Assembly: GCA_964359735.1 (NCBI GenBank)
Contig: CAYHTZ010000007.1
Location: 1-48,484 of the forward strand
Length of the DNA stretch: 48,484 nt
Source of the DNA: an uncultured Candidatus Saccharibacteria bacterium
GTDB taxonomy: Bacteria > Patescibacteriota > Andersenbacteria > UBA10190
Direction: 5' to 3'
The position numbers were made by a program, and so were the translations under genes. Shown piece after piece: positions 16,288 through 25,385 of the stretch; position 1 is the stretch's first letter; the number at the start of each line of letters is the position of its first letter. Below the pieces are notes generated by a model, which worked only from the letters and a program-made list of their open reading frames with translations, was not told the DNA's origin and ran no database searches.

Positions 16288-19125
16288 GTGAGAGTTTCCA
16301 CGCGGGTCGCAGTACTAAGCACCATTCTCCTTCTTCTTACCTCGTCAGTTCAAGCACAAACGGGGGACCCTTCGCCGTTTGGAAATCGCAACATGGATCG
16401 GCCGGGAGCTGAGGGTGATGTTTACCAGCCCCCAGCCATTTTCGTTACGGGCGCACACGTTGAGGTTATTGGTGACAACGTGCAGGGCTCGTTTGAAGCG
16501 TTCAACAATGATCAGGAAACGGTTGGTGATCTCAGCTACCGCATTGATCTTCTATCAGCTCCAGCTGCCGCTGCGGAAAACCAACTCGTTCAAGACGCCC
16601 CAGAAGTGTATGACCAAATGACGAGTACGGAGATATTTGCTCTCATTCCCGGCGAGAAGAAAACTGTTCCTGTAACCTACACTCCTCCACGTGTACCAAA
16701 AGGGGACTATCGCCTCCGCATTCAACTGGTGACCTCAAAAGGGCGAGAATTAGGCTGGTACGACAGCACCGTGAATATTGGTGCTGAGGGTGCCGTTTTC
16801 GTAAAAGTCATTCCCGGCACGATTGATCTTCCCGAATTTCCTGATCAAGTGATCGCGCCAGGCTCGGGTCCAAATGTTGCTCCTGGCTCGTCATTCACTT
16901 TAAATGCCACGCTCCAAAATCTCAGCAAAGAATCGGTTACCGTGCAACCCGTTCTTGAGCGCTACATATTCGATATTGCCCGCGGTCGGGAAGAAAAAAT
17001 TACGTTGGGAGAACCGGTCACACTAGCCACCGGCGAGAGTAAGGAGGTTTCCTTCTCTGTAACTGCGCCCGCCAAGCCTGAAGTGTATGTGGCCATGCTT
17101 TCTCTTGAGGACCCTACCACCAGTGCTCGTGTTTCCAATTGGGCGGAGTATCGCTACGTCGTACGGGGTCTCGATGCCGATATCGTCTCCGCGCGTATTG
17201 CTACGCTTCGAAAACTGAAAGGTGAAGTTACCGAGATACAAGTTGATATCGTGGGCCCAGCCGATGCCGAAACTACGCATAAGGGAACACTCGTCGTGGA
17301 ACTCACGGATTCCCAAGGCATAGTGGGTAGCATCCGAGAAGAGAATCTGGAACTTACCGATGCGCTCCAAGCCGGCATGGCGCGCATTACCTTAGAGCGA
17401 GATCTTACAGGGTCTCCGGGAATAAAAGTCGCCTTGTTTGACCAAGCGGGGAACGTGCTCGATACCTATGAAGTAGCTGCGTCCTTAAATGAAAACCAGA
17501 TCGCGGAATTACTGCGCCAGGCCGCCTCTGCTCCTAAGGCCGGTCTTCCCCTAGGCGTCTGGGCAGGTGGTGCGATTGCTGGGGTAGGAGTTATCGCCCT
17601 CCTCACGTGGTTAGTTATTCATGCTATCCGCAGGCGCCGCTTTCCATCTTTACCCGTACTGTTGCTGATAGTCGTCGGTCTCACTCTTGGTGGCGCCACC
17701 CTCGCCAGCAATGGCATTACGGCCTACATCAATCCCTATACCCTCTATCACTTCTGTGCGCAGTGGGGCGGGGAATGGTGCAATCTGGGCGGTGGCCACA
17801 TTGTGGAACTGTTTATCAATTCACCTGTTCACCAGGCCACGTACCCCAACAGAAATTCCGTACCGGTTTCGTTTCGGGTCACCTTTGTCTCCTGTCAGAA
17901 CCATATGTTCTATGCCCGAAACACGATTCGGTATTCACCGGAAGGAGTCACACATGATAGTTGGCGCCCGCCTGCTGGCACCTCCTGGCACAACATTGTT
18001 GATGCTTTATTTGGAGGAGGCTACGGTGAATGCGCCCGCTATTTCTGTAAAATCAGCCGCTACTACAGCGCCAATGTAAACTTGTCGCAGCTGCCGCCGA
18101 CTCGTGAAACCACCACGCTACAGATCATGAGTGTGCGCGGTGGGCACTACTTCGGCCCTCCACCAGCCTGGAATGAGAATTTGTATGACACTGTCTCAAC
18201 ATGGCCCTACTGGGCACATGCCGTAAACTTGTGGCTCAAGTTCCCGACACCTTTGCCAACGCCAACCGCACCGCCGACTGTCACAACTAACCCACCCCAG
18301 GCATGTAGCACCAGATCATTTGCCACCTCCATCATCGCTTCTTCCGGCAGTCGGAATGGCCAGCCGGAATCTACCCTCTTAGGTGCCCCGGACGGCGTTG
18401 GCCCTGAATTTGGCACTGCTGCCGATTTTGGGACTGGTTTTGTTACGGTAGGCTTCAATCCTGCCATCGCCAATATTCCTGGTCCTGACTTTGGTATCTA
18501 CCTGACTGATTTCTGGGCCGGAGAAGCTGGCCATCAACAAGGGGAAGGGGTTGTAGTCATCGTCACTGACGGCACCCGCTCCGCCTCCCTCGTTTCCCAA
18601 TTGGCCACGTCCACTACTCCCCACGTGGATGAACGGCGCGTCTTTGATATTGCCAGTACTGGCTTATCTCAGGTAACCCAAGTGACCATCCGCAACGTGG
18701 CTGTGGCTCCTGACTTAGATGCCTTTGAGAACATGAGTGTGTGTGGGGAGGGGAGCCCAACTCACACAATAACTCCTCCCGGCGGGCCAGCCGTCTGCTC
18801 CGATGGTCTTGACAATGACAGAGATAAACGCATCGATGCCGCCGACCCCGCCTGCCACCCCGAAGATCGCAAGGCCGAAAACGCTGCCAGCTACCGGCCA
18901 CAGCATACCAGTGAGGCAGATACCGAGTGCTCTGATGCTCAAGACAACCTTGATCCAGAAGATTCGCTTGCTGATGCCGCTGACCCAGGCTGTCACTTTG
19001 ACCGCAAACCCGGCAACGCCGCCTCCTATGTTCCTGCCGATGACAGTGAAATAGATTCTGCCCCTGATACCACGCCGGCTCCTACTGTTCCGATTAATTT
19101 TGAAAGAGCGCGGGAAGTCGACTAG
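16288..19125 (+). CDS. Large secreted/membrane protein: Ig-like N-module, TM, internal signal-like segment, Cys-rich module, beta-sandwich, two CSDGxDND repeats
   Basis: Signal SSVQA|QT; beta-sandwich-like motifs (GDYRLRIQLVT); TM about 17545-17628; RRRRF+hydrophobic+TLA ending 17706; PT linker; CSDGLDNDRDKRIDAADPAC and CSDAQDN...DAADPGC. Confidence 0.85.
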   Translation: MRVSTRVAVLSTILLLLTSSVQAQTGDPSPFGNRNMDRPGAEGDVYQPPAIFVTGAHVEVIGDNVQGSFEAFNNDQETVGDLSYRIDLLSAPAAAAENQLVQDAPEVYDQMTSTEIFALIPGEKKTVPVTYTPPRVPKGDYRLRIQLVTSKGRELGWYDSTVNIGAEGAVFVKVIPGTIDLPEFPDQVIAPGSGPNVAPGSSFTLNATLQNLSKESVTVQPVLERYIFDIARGREEKITLGEPVTLATGESKEVSFSVTAPAKPEVYVAMLSLEDPTTSARVSNWAEYRYVVRGLDADIVSARIATLRKLKGEVTEIQVDIVGPADAETTHKGTLVVELTDSQGIVGSIREENLELTDALQAGMARITLERDLTGSPGIKVALFDQAGNVLDTYEVAASLNENQIAELLRQAASAPKAGLPLGVWAGGAIAGVGVIALLTWLVIHAIRRRRFPSLPVLLLIVVGLTLGGATLASNGITAYINPYTLYHFCAQWGGEWCNLGGGHIVELFINSPVHQATYPNRNSVPVSFRVTFVSCQNHMFYARNTIRYSPEGVTHDSWRPPAGTSWHNIVDALFGGGYGECARYFCKISRYYSANVNLSQLPPTRETTTLQIMSVRGGHYFGPPPAWNENLYDTVSTWPYWAHAVNLWLKFPTPLPTPTAPPTVTTNPPQACSTRSFATSIIASSGSRNGQPESTLLGAPDGVGPEFGTAADFGTGFVTVGFNPAIANIPGPDFGIYLTDFWAGEAGHQQGEGVVVIVTDGTRSASLVSQLATSTTPHVDERRVFDIASTGLSQVTQVTIRNVAVAPDLDAFENMSVCGEGSPTHTITPPGGPAVCSDGLDNDRDKRIDAADPACHPEDRKAENAASYRPQHTSEADTECSDAQDNLDPEDSLADAADPGCHFDRKPGNAASYVPADDSEIDSAPDTTPAPTVPINFERAREVD

Positions 19126-19152
19126 AGGAACATTTTAGGCTAGCATAAAGAA

Positions 19153-21378
19153 GTGAAAACGCTGCCCAAGGTTGCTGCAGCCAGCGTAGTTTTCCTTCTC
19201 TTTGCCTCCTCAGTTCAGGCGCAGACGCAGGGTGCTTCGCCTTTTGGTAACCGTGGTTCAGCTCAAGGAGAAGCGTATTTGCCGCCGGCGGTGTTTGTGG
19301 ACCACGTCACGCTGGAAAACATTTCGACAGCGGGTGTAGCTGGAGCTTTTGTAGTTTCAAGCCAAAATCAAGACGCCGTTGGAGATCTGCGCTACCGTAT
19401 TGAAGTCTTAAGCCCCCTTCCCCCCGAATCAGCCACAACCGTAGTTGAGGATGCCCCGGATGTGTATGACATCCAGCTAGCTGAGGAAGTATTCGCCCTG
19501 GCGCCGAACATGGAAAAGAGAATGCGCTTTGAATATAAAGTGCCGCCGTTACCGGCCGGAGATTATCGGCTGCGGGTGCAGATTGTTACCTCTCAAGGCC
19601 GCAAGCTCGGCTGGCAAGATATTGCGGTTACGCTTCCGGGATCCCAAGTTCAGTTTTTGAGGTTGCTGCCGGGCACGATTTCCTTACCAGAATTTCCCGG
19701 CGAAATTATTCCCGCCACGAGCGGCCCCAATGTAGCTCCCGGAGGGTCTCTCACACTGCGAGCCACCGTGCGCAATCCGCACGCTGTACCTATCACGGTA
19801 GTACCCGTACTGAATACGTATGAATTTGCGCTTGAGAGAGGAGGAGACACCCCTCAGCGATTTGATGCTATCGTTCTCAATGCTGGCGAAGAGAAAGCTG
19901 TAGCCTTGCCACTCCAGGCAGCTACCCAACCTGCGGTGTATGAGTCGTGGCTCATGCTAGAGAAAGACGGTCTTCGCGTCTCACCCATGGTGGAATATCG
20001 CTGGGTTGTGAAAGGGGAGGATGCGCATATTGTCTCGGCTCGAATTGCGGAAATGGCCCGTGAAAAGGGCCAATCCATGACAATTCAAGTGGAATACGCC
20101 GGTCCGGGTGATGCAGAAACGAATCTCCTGGGCATTCTTGAGGTGACCGTGCGGGATCAGCAGGGCGATGTCGGTACTACAGCTGTCCCTGATTTGTCTC
20201 TGTCTGACCGAATCGAATCCGGCTTGGCCCGCGTGGAGTTAACGCGGCCACTCGTTGGCGCACCTGGACTGCGGGTTGTGTTGAAGGATTCAAGCGGGGA
20301 AGTACTCAATACCTATGACATCTCCATTCCATTAACTGAGGCGGAGTTGGCAACACTGCCAGCTGCCACCGCAGTGCAGCCACTGTCAGCGTACTGGCGA
20401 GTGGCAATCGCTGCCCTCGCCGGCTCTGCCCTCGCGGGAATTTTCCTGCTGGTCTGGTACCTCTTGCGCCGCCGGTCTCAACCTCCCGCCACCCCGCCAG
20501 CTACTCCCACTCTCCTGCTCATCGGAGTCATACTAAGTATCGTAGGCCTAGGAGGAGCCAGCACCGTCTGGGCACTAGGGAACGGAAACGGGATCAACGT
20601 GTTTGTGCCCCCCACCGGATGCCAATTTCACGGCAGCTGGTGTGAGTTGCCCGGCTATGTCATTGAAATTTTTGTGAACCAGCCTCGGCATAACCGTGCC
20701 GAGCCGTATAATCGCACACAGGTGCCGGTATCGTTTCGGGCCACCTGGGGAGTATGTGAAAATCGCACGGGATATTCCCAAAACATTCTAGCCAACTTGC
20801 CCCGCGGGGGGAAATACAGCGCCTGGGAAAATCAACCTGGGAACCCCTGGCAGGAGTTAGCCTACATGGTCTTCGCCGCGAATAGGTGCGGCGCCGATCT
20901 CTGTAAAGCCTCTCGCGATTTTGCCGGTACCTTGAACATGGGTAACGTTATCCCCGAAGCGGATGACACCACACTCAACATCACCTCAAGTTGGAACTGG
21001 AGTTATTATCCCGAGCGGCTCACACCGGCTCATTACACCCCCGAGGTGCGAGCTATTTTTCAGCGGTATGGCGCCATTCACGCCGTAAACGTATGGCTGA
21101 ACCTCATACCTATCGCTACCCCAGCTCCAACGATTACTCCCACAGGGTCACCCACAAACACCCCTCCCAGCGCCTCGAGTGCGGTCTGCTCCGACGGCGT
21201 TGATAACGATAATGATGAACGGACTGATGCTGCGGACCCCGCCTGCCATTCTGACCGCAACCCTAACAACCCTGCTTCCTACCAGCCTGCTGATAATGAT
21301 GAGCAAGATTCATCTCCTGACATAACGCTTACTCCTACCCCTGCCACACAGCCTGGCAAGATCATAGAGATCGATTAA
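19153..21378 (+). CDS. Paralog of 16288-19125 (no extra beta-sandwich; one CSDGxDND repeat)
   Basis: SSVQAQT, GDLRYRIEVLS, GDYRLRVQIVTSQGRKLGW, SGPNVAPG, VPVSFRATW and CSDGVDNDNDERTDAADPAC all match the upstream gene. Confidence 0.85.
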   Translation: MKTLPKVAAASVVFLLFASSVQAQTQGASPFGNRGSAQGEAYLPPAVFVDHVTLENISTAGVAGAFVVSSQNQDAVGDLRYRIEVLSPLPPESATTVVEDAPDVYDIQLAEEVFALAPNMEKRMRFEYKVPPLPAGDYRLRVQIVTSQGRKLGWQDIAVTLPGSQVQFLRLLPGTISLPEFPGEIIPATSGPNVAPGGSLTLRATVRNPHAVPITVVPVLNTYEFALERGGDTPQRFDAIVLNAGEEKAVALPLQAATQPAVYESWLMLEKDGLRVSPMVEYRWVVKGEDAHIVSARIAEMAREKGQSMTIQVEYAGPGDAETNLLGILEVTVRDQQGDVGTTAVPDLSLSDRIESGLARVELTRPLVGAPGLRVVLKDSSGEVLNTYDISIPLTEAELATLPAATAVQPLSAYWRVAIAALAGSALAGIFLLVWYLLRRRSQPPATPPATPTLLLIGVILSIVGLGGASTVWALGNGNGINVFVPPTGCQFHGSWCELPGYVIEIFVNQPRHNRAEPYNRTQVPVSFRATWGVCENRTGYSQNILANLPRGGKYSAWENQPGNPWQELAYMVFAANRCGADLCKASRDFAGTLNMGNVIPEADDTTLNITSSWNWSYYPERLTPAHYTPEVRAIFQRYGAIHAVNVWLNLIPIATPAPTITPTGSPTNTPPSASSAVCSDGVDNDNDERTDAADPACHSDRNPNNPASYQPADNDEQDSSPDITLTPTPATQPGKIIEID

Positions 21379-21438
21379 TTTCTGTTACCTGGGGAAAACT
21401 GTTTACACTGAGCGCAGTCGAAGTGGTAAACTAGACCG

Positions 21439-21957
21439 ATGGCAAATGATACTCCTTCCGGCAGCACAGTTTCCGCTCCAGGCAGGCGCGGCCGCCGCGG
21501 CATGGGGCTTCTTTTGCTGGTCGTAGTCTTAATTGCCATTGGCTTATTTATTTGGGCCGAGCAACAGCGGCGTACCGTTTCCAGCAAGCTTGAGCAAACG
21601 GAAGCCGAATTGGAAGAAATCCGTAAATCCACCCAGCGGGGTGGGGAAGAAGTAGCGAAAGAAGTGTTGACGAAAGTGCGTTCTCACATGATAGTGCCTG
21701 AAGAGCCGCAACCTACTGTCGCCACTATTATTGACATCAACCGTCTCAAGGAGGCTAGCGAATTCTACGCGGTAGCCGATAATGGCGATCACTTAATCAT
21801 TACCGAAAAGCGCGCCATTCTTTACGACCCTGACCGCGACATTATTCTCGATGTGGTCCCCGTTCGGATTAACAAGACCTCAGCGAGTCCCGGAGTTTCG
21901 CCAGGTCGTACTAGCCCATCACCGACTTCAACACCTTCTCCGACTCCAACGAAATAA
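21439..21957 (+). CDS. Single-TM membrane-anchored protein of unknown function
   Basis: N-terminal TM, coiled coil, PTVATIIDINRL...DNGDHLII...AILYDP...ILDVVPV, PT-rich tail. I recall this pattern from CPR hypothetical proteins but have not verified it. Confidence 0.8.
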   Translation: MANDTPSGSTVSAPGRRGRRGMGLLLLVVVLIAIGLFIWAEQQRRTVSSKLEQTEAELEEIRKSTQRGGEEVAKEVLTKVRSHMIVPEEPQPTVATIIDINRLKEASEFYAVADNGDHLIITEKRAILYDPDRDIILDVVPVRINKTSASPGVSPGRTSPSPTSTPSPTPTK

Positions 21958-21961
21958 ATCT

Positions 21962-23500
21962 GTGCCTGCGCGGATAGAGACAGCTGCACTGAAGGGGATT
22001 GAAGCCACTTCGGTGGAAGTTGAGGTTGATGTATTACCCGGCCTACCCAGCTTTACCGTCGTTGGCCTAACCGATAAAGCTATTCAAGAATCACGGGAAC
22101 GGTTAACCGCAGCGCTTTCATTTCTGGGCTACGAGCCACCCCGCCGCAAAACCATTGTCTCTCTCGCACCAGCGAGTCTCAAGAAAGAAGGTTCAATGTA
22201 CGATCTACCCATTACGCTCGGCTTCCTTGTTGCCAGTCGACAATTGAAAGGGCTTGCCCCGAGCGCAGTCGAGGGGTGGTTCGCGGGCGAACTCGGCCTC
22301 GACGGCGCGCTGCGCGCCGTGCGCGGTGTTCTTCCCATTACCTTGGCCGCCGTAAAATCCGGCATCAAATCACTGTATATTCCCGCGGGCAATGAACCTG
22401 AAGCCGCTGTCTTTGCTGATCAAATCGAAATCTTGGCCGTCCACTCTTTACAAGAATTAGTCGACCACCTCACGAAAAAACATGAGATCAAACCGAGCAA
22501 ACTTCATAAAGTAAATGTTGCGGATGTTCCCCCGGAAGTCGATTTCGCTGATATCAAAGGGCAGGATTACGCTAAGCGCGCGCTTACCATTGCCGCCGCT
22601 GGCCACCACCATGTCTTAATGGCCGGCCCACCGGGTGCGGGGAAAACTCTTCTGGCTCGGGCGATGGCAGGGATTTTGCCACCCATGACACGCGAAGAAC
22701 AGTATGTTGTCTCTTCCTTATATTCTGTCGCTGGGCTTTTGCCGGATAACCACGGCTTGGTGCAACATCGCCCGGTGCGCTCACCTCACCATGGCGCCAG
22801 CAGTGTCGCGCTTGTCGGCGGGGGAACGAACCCGCGTCCGGGGGAAGTGAGCCTGGCTCACCACGGGGTTTTATTTCTCGACGAGCTTCCCGAATTTCCA
22901 CGGCAAACGCTGGATCAGTTGCGTCAACCTATCGAAGACGGTTTTGTCACCGTTTCCCGCGCCGCGCAAACGATCCGCTACCCCGCGCGCTCGATGGTCA
23001 TCGGCGCCATGAACCCATGTAAATGCGGCTATCTTGGCAGCGACACCCGCGAGTGCCGCTGCACGCCGGGGGACGTCACCCGCTATCAACGCAAATTGTC
23101 AGGTCCCTTCCTCGATCGCTTTGATCTGCACGTGATGGTCCGTGATGTGCCGTTAGAAGAACTGCTCGATGAAAGCCACTCGAGCGGCACGCCTTCAGCA
23201 ACACTGCGCGAGAAAGTAACTGCTGCGCGGGAGCGCCAACTCGCGCGACAAGGGAAACCTAACAGCGAACTTTCCGCCCGGGAACTCAAAAAACACTGTG
23301 CTATCGACGCCCGCTCGAAATCCCTCCTTTCCGCCGCTGAGCGCCGCTTCCACATTTCCTCCCGCGGTGTGCACCGCATCCTCAAAGTTGCCCGCACCAT
23401 TGCCGACTTGGCCGGCGAGGATTCCATCTCCGCCGCTCACGTGGCTGAGGCTTTGCAATACCGCGAACAACTCCAACAAGCCATACCCACATTTGTTTAG
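21962..23500 (+). CDS. comM: YifB/ComM Mg-chelatase-like AAA+ helicase
   Basis: VEVEVDVLPGLPSFTVVGL, KEGSMYDLPI, GELGLDG, GPPGAGKT, PGEVSLAHHGVLFLDELPEF, AMNPCKCGY, LSGPFLDRFD, ARTIADL. Start set to GTG 21962. Confidence 0.95.
   Translation: MPARIETAALKGIEATSVEVEVDVLPGLPSFTVVGLTDKAIQESRERLTAALSFLGYEPPRRKTIVSLAPASLKKEGSMYDLPITLGFLVASRQLKGLAPSAVEGWFAGELGLDGALRAVRGVLPITLAAVKSGIKSLYIPAGNEPEAAVFADQIEILAVHSLQELVDHLTKKHEIKPSKLHKVNVADVPPEVDFADIKGQDYAKRALTIAAAGHHHVLMAGPPGAGKTLLARAMAGILPPMTREEQYVVSSLYSVAGLLPDNHGLVQHRPVRSPHHGASSVALVGGGTNPRPGEVSLAHHGVLFLDELPEFPRQTLDQLRQPIEDGFVTVSRAAQTIRYPARSMVIGAMNPCKCGYLGSDTRECRCTPGDVTRYQRKLSGPFLDRFDLHVMVRDVPLEELLDESHSSGTPSATLREKVTAARERQLARQGKPNSELSARELKKHCAIDARSKSLLSAAERRFHISSRGVHRILKVARTIADLAGEDSISAAHVAEALQYREQLQQAIPTFV
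22253..22276 (+). repeat. Short CYTGCC-hairpin element, in frame in comM
   Basis: CTTGCCCCGAGCGCAGTCGAGGGG (LAPSAVEG); CCCC/GGGG stem with GA/GA tandem. Confidence 0.6.
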
Positions 23501-23514
23501 GCTATAATCATTGC

Positions 23515-24402
23515 ATGACATCCCCGGCTACGATATGGAGGGCATTTTTGTATGGCGGCGCGTCCGCCCTGCTCCTCTTCAATATTGTCTTCATGGGCCA
23601 AGCCGTGCTAGCGGGGAACCTTGTGCCAATCGTGCCCATCGTAGCGGGCATTCTTACCGCGGCCGGCCTGCTTGTGATTGTCTACACAGAACACCGGGCG
23701 CGGTTGGCAGATAAGCGCGACCATCGCCGCATTTCCCGCGTGGCCAACCAGCTGGAAAATCCGCTGCGCTCACTGCAGGAGGACCTCACTAATGTCACCG
23801 CCGCCTCTGACGCTCTCCCCGGGGAAGCGCGTTTCGTTTTGAAACGCATGGAAACCAAGAGCAAAATCCTGCTCGAAAATATCCGCGATGTCTTCCTAAC
23901 ACTCCAGGCTCAGGAAGGAAAGTTAGCGCAGGATGTGCGCACGTATGATCTTTGCGCCCTTGTACAAGAAGCCATCCAGCGTCTGCAGCCCGTGGCCTCT
24001 GCTCGCAATGTCGAACTTGATGCAAAAAAGTATTGCCAGGATGCCGCCGTCAAAGTTGACAAGCGACTCTTCTTAATTGCACTCATTCACCTGATGGAAA
24101 ATGGGATTTTGTATACCTTGAAACCCGGCAAGGTAAATGTCTCGGTAACTCGGGGGGCAAAGGCCGCGCGCGTCTTGGTGGAAGACAGGGGAGTGGGCAT
24201 TAAAGAAGAAGATATCAATGTTGTCTTCCAGCCCTTCGCGCGCGGACACGCGGCGCACCAGTTCGACCCCGATGGCATTGGCGTCGGGCTTACGCTCTCT
24301 CGTTTAATTATTCGGGAATTTGGTGGCAACCTTTCCTGGCAGCCTCGTCGCGATTCCGCCGGCAGTGAATTTGAAGTTACGCTGCCGCTCGTGCGCGTCT
24401 AG
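23515..24402 (+). CDS. Membrane sensor histidine kinase-like protein lacking the H-box histidine
   Basis: Two TMs; H-box ISRVANQLENPL; N box HLMENGILYT; G1 EDRGVGI; F box VFQPF; G2 GIGVGL. Confidence 0.85.
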   Translation: MTSPATIWRAFLYGGASALLLFNIVFMGQAVLAGNLVPIVPIVAGILTAAGLLVIVYTEHRARLADKRDHRRISRVANQLENPLRSLQEDLTNVTAASDALPGEARFVLKRMETKSKILLENIRDVFLTLQAQEGKLAQDVRTYDLCALVQEAIQRLQPVASARNVELDAKKYCQDAAVKVDKRLFLIALIHLMENGILYTLKPGKVNVSVTRGAKAARVLVEDRGVGIKEEDINVVFQPFARGHAAHQFDPDGIGVGLTLSRLIIREFGGNLSWQPRRDSAGSEFEVTLPLVRV

Positions 24403-25036
24403 CCCTCCGATGCCGGTGGGGCTTACCTCGCAAATGTGATCGAATAAAGTAGATCAAAACTGTACCGACGATTCCGAGGAAAGAAGCCATCACAATCAGC
24501 GGCCGGAACCCTATGGTGTCCGCGAGAATTCCCCCCGCGGTCGCGGCCAGTGCCGCCGCGAGGTCGGTCGCCGTAAAGTACACTCCCCAGGCTACCCCTT
24601 CTTTATTGCGGCTGATATGCCGCGTGTAAATAGCCATGAAGGAGGGAAACGCCATAGCCATCATGGCGCCGTAGACAAATTGCACGGCGTAGAGTTGCAG
24701 TGGCGTTTTTATAACCAAGTACGCCAGCGGCACAATCGCGGCCACCAGGGAACCTAAAAGAAGAAACCAGTAATCATCTCGCTCTCCCTTGATGCGATCC
24801 ATGAGTGAAGCCAAAGGGATTTGCAAAAGACTCTTGGTAAGTAAGTAGATAGCGGCTGCCAGCCCTGCTACTGCGGCGCTTCCCCCCTCAATAAAATCCA
24901 CCACGAACAAGGCAAAAATCGGGCCCAAAAGCCCGACACCCGTCAGAAATATAACGTCGGAAACAATCAGCACCCGCACCACGACGCTGACGTCCAGAAG
25001 AAAATAATTCCTCCAAGTCCCTCCTCGTTTTTCCAT
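24377..25036 (-). CDS. Half-size (about 6-TM) MFS transporter
   Basis: LLGPIFALFV, QIPLASLMDRIKG (motif A-like), AFPSFMAIYTRH, EGVAWG, GGILADTIGF; 219 aa only. Confidence 0.82.
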   Translation of the reverse strand: MEKRGGTWRNYFLLDVSVVVRVLIVSDVIFLTGVGLLGPIFALFVVDFIEGGSAAVAGLAAAIYLLTKSLLQIPLASLMDRIKGERDDYWFLLLGSLVAAIVPLAYLVIKTPLQLYAVQFVYGAMMAMAFPSFMAIYTRHISRNKEGVAWGVYFTATDLAAALAATAGGILADTIGFRPLIVMASFLGIVGTVLIYFIRSHLRGKPHRHRRARRARAAA

Positions 25037-25055
25037 CTTTCTATTGTATCAAATC

Positions 25056-25130
25056 TGGGGCGATCGATGGGAATCGGACCCACATCGCCGGGACCACAAC
25101 CCGGTGCTTTACCACTAAGCTACGATCGCC
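25056..25130 (-). tRNA. tRNA-His(GTG)
   Basis: G-1 + GCGATCG acceptor stem, CCGGG-TT-GTG-GT-CCCGG anticodon arm, encoded CCA; T-loop reads TCCGATT. Confidence 0.93.
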
Positions 25131-25175
25131 ATGTTATGGCAATTTACCACGTTTTTTGATATTAACAAGACACGC

Positions 25176-25252
25176 GCGCCCGTAGCTCAACTGGATAGAG
25201 CAGGAGCGTTCTAAGCTCAAGGTTGGGAGTTCGAGTCTCTCCGGGCGCACCA
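25176..25252 (+). tRNA. tRNA-Arg(TCT)
   Basis: GCGCCCG/CGGGCGC acceptor stem, loop GT-TCT-AA, TTCGAGT T-loop, encoded CCA. Confidence 0.9.
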
Positions 25253-25326
25253 AATATTTTTTCGGGAAGTTAGTTCGTAAATTTTTGCAGTGCGTTTCTG
25301 TTCGCGTGTTCAAGCCCATGCTCACT

Positions 25327-25355
25327 TTGACTAAGCTCGAAGAAAAGAGTATAAT
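25327..25355 (+). promoter_or_regulatory. Near-consensus sigma70 promoter for the DMT gene and probably the gene after it
   Basis: TTGACT-N17-TATAAT. Confidence 0.75.
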
Positions 25356-25385
25356 ATAAGATATCCTAAAACAAACACAAAAACC

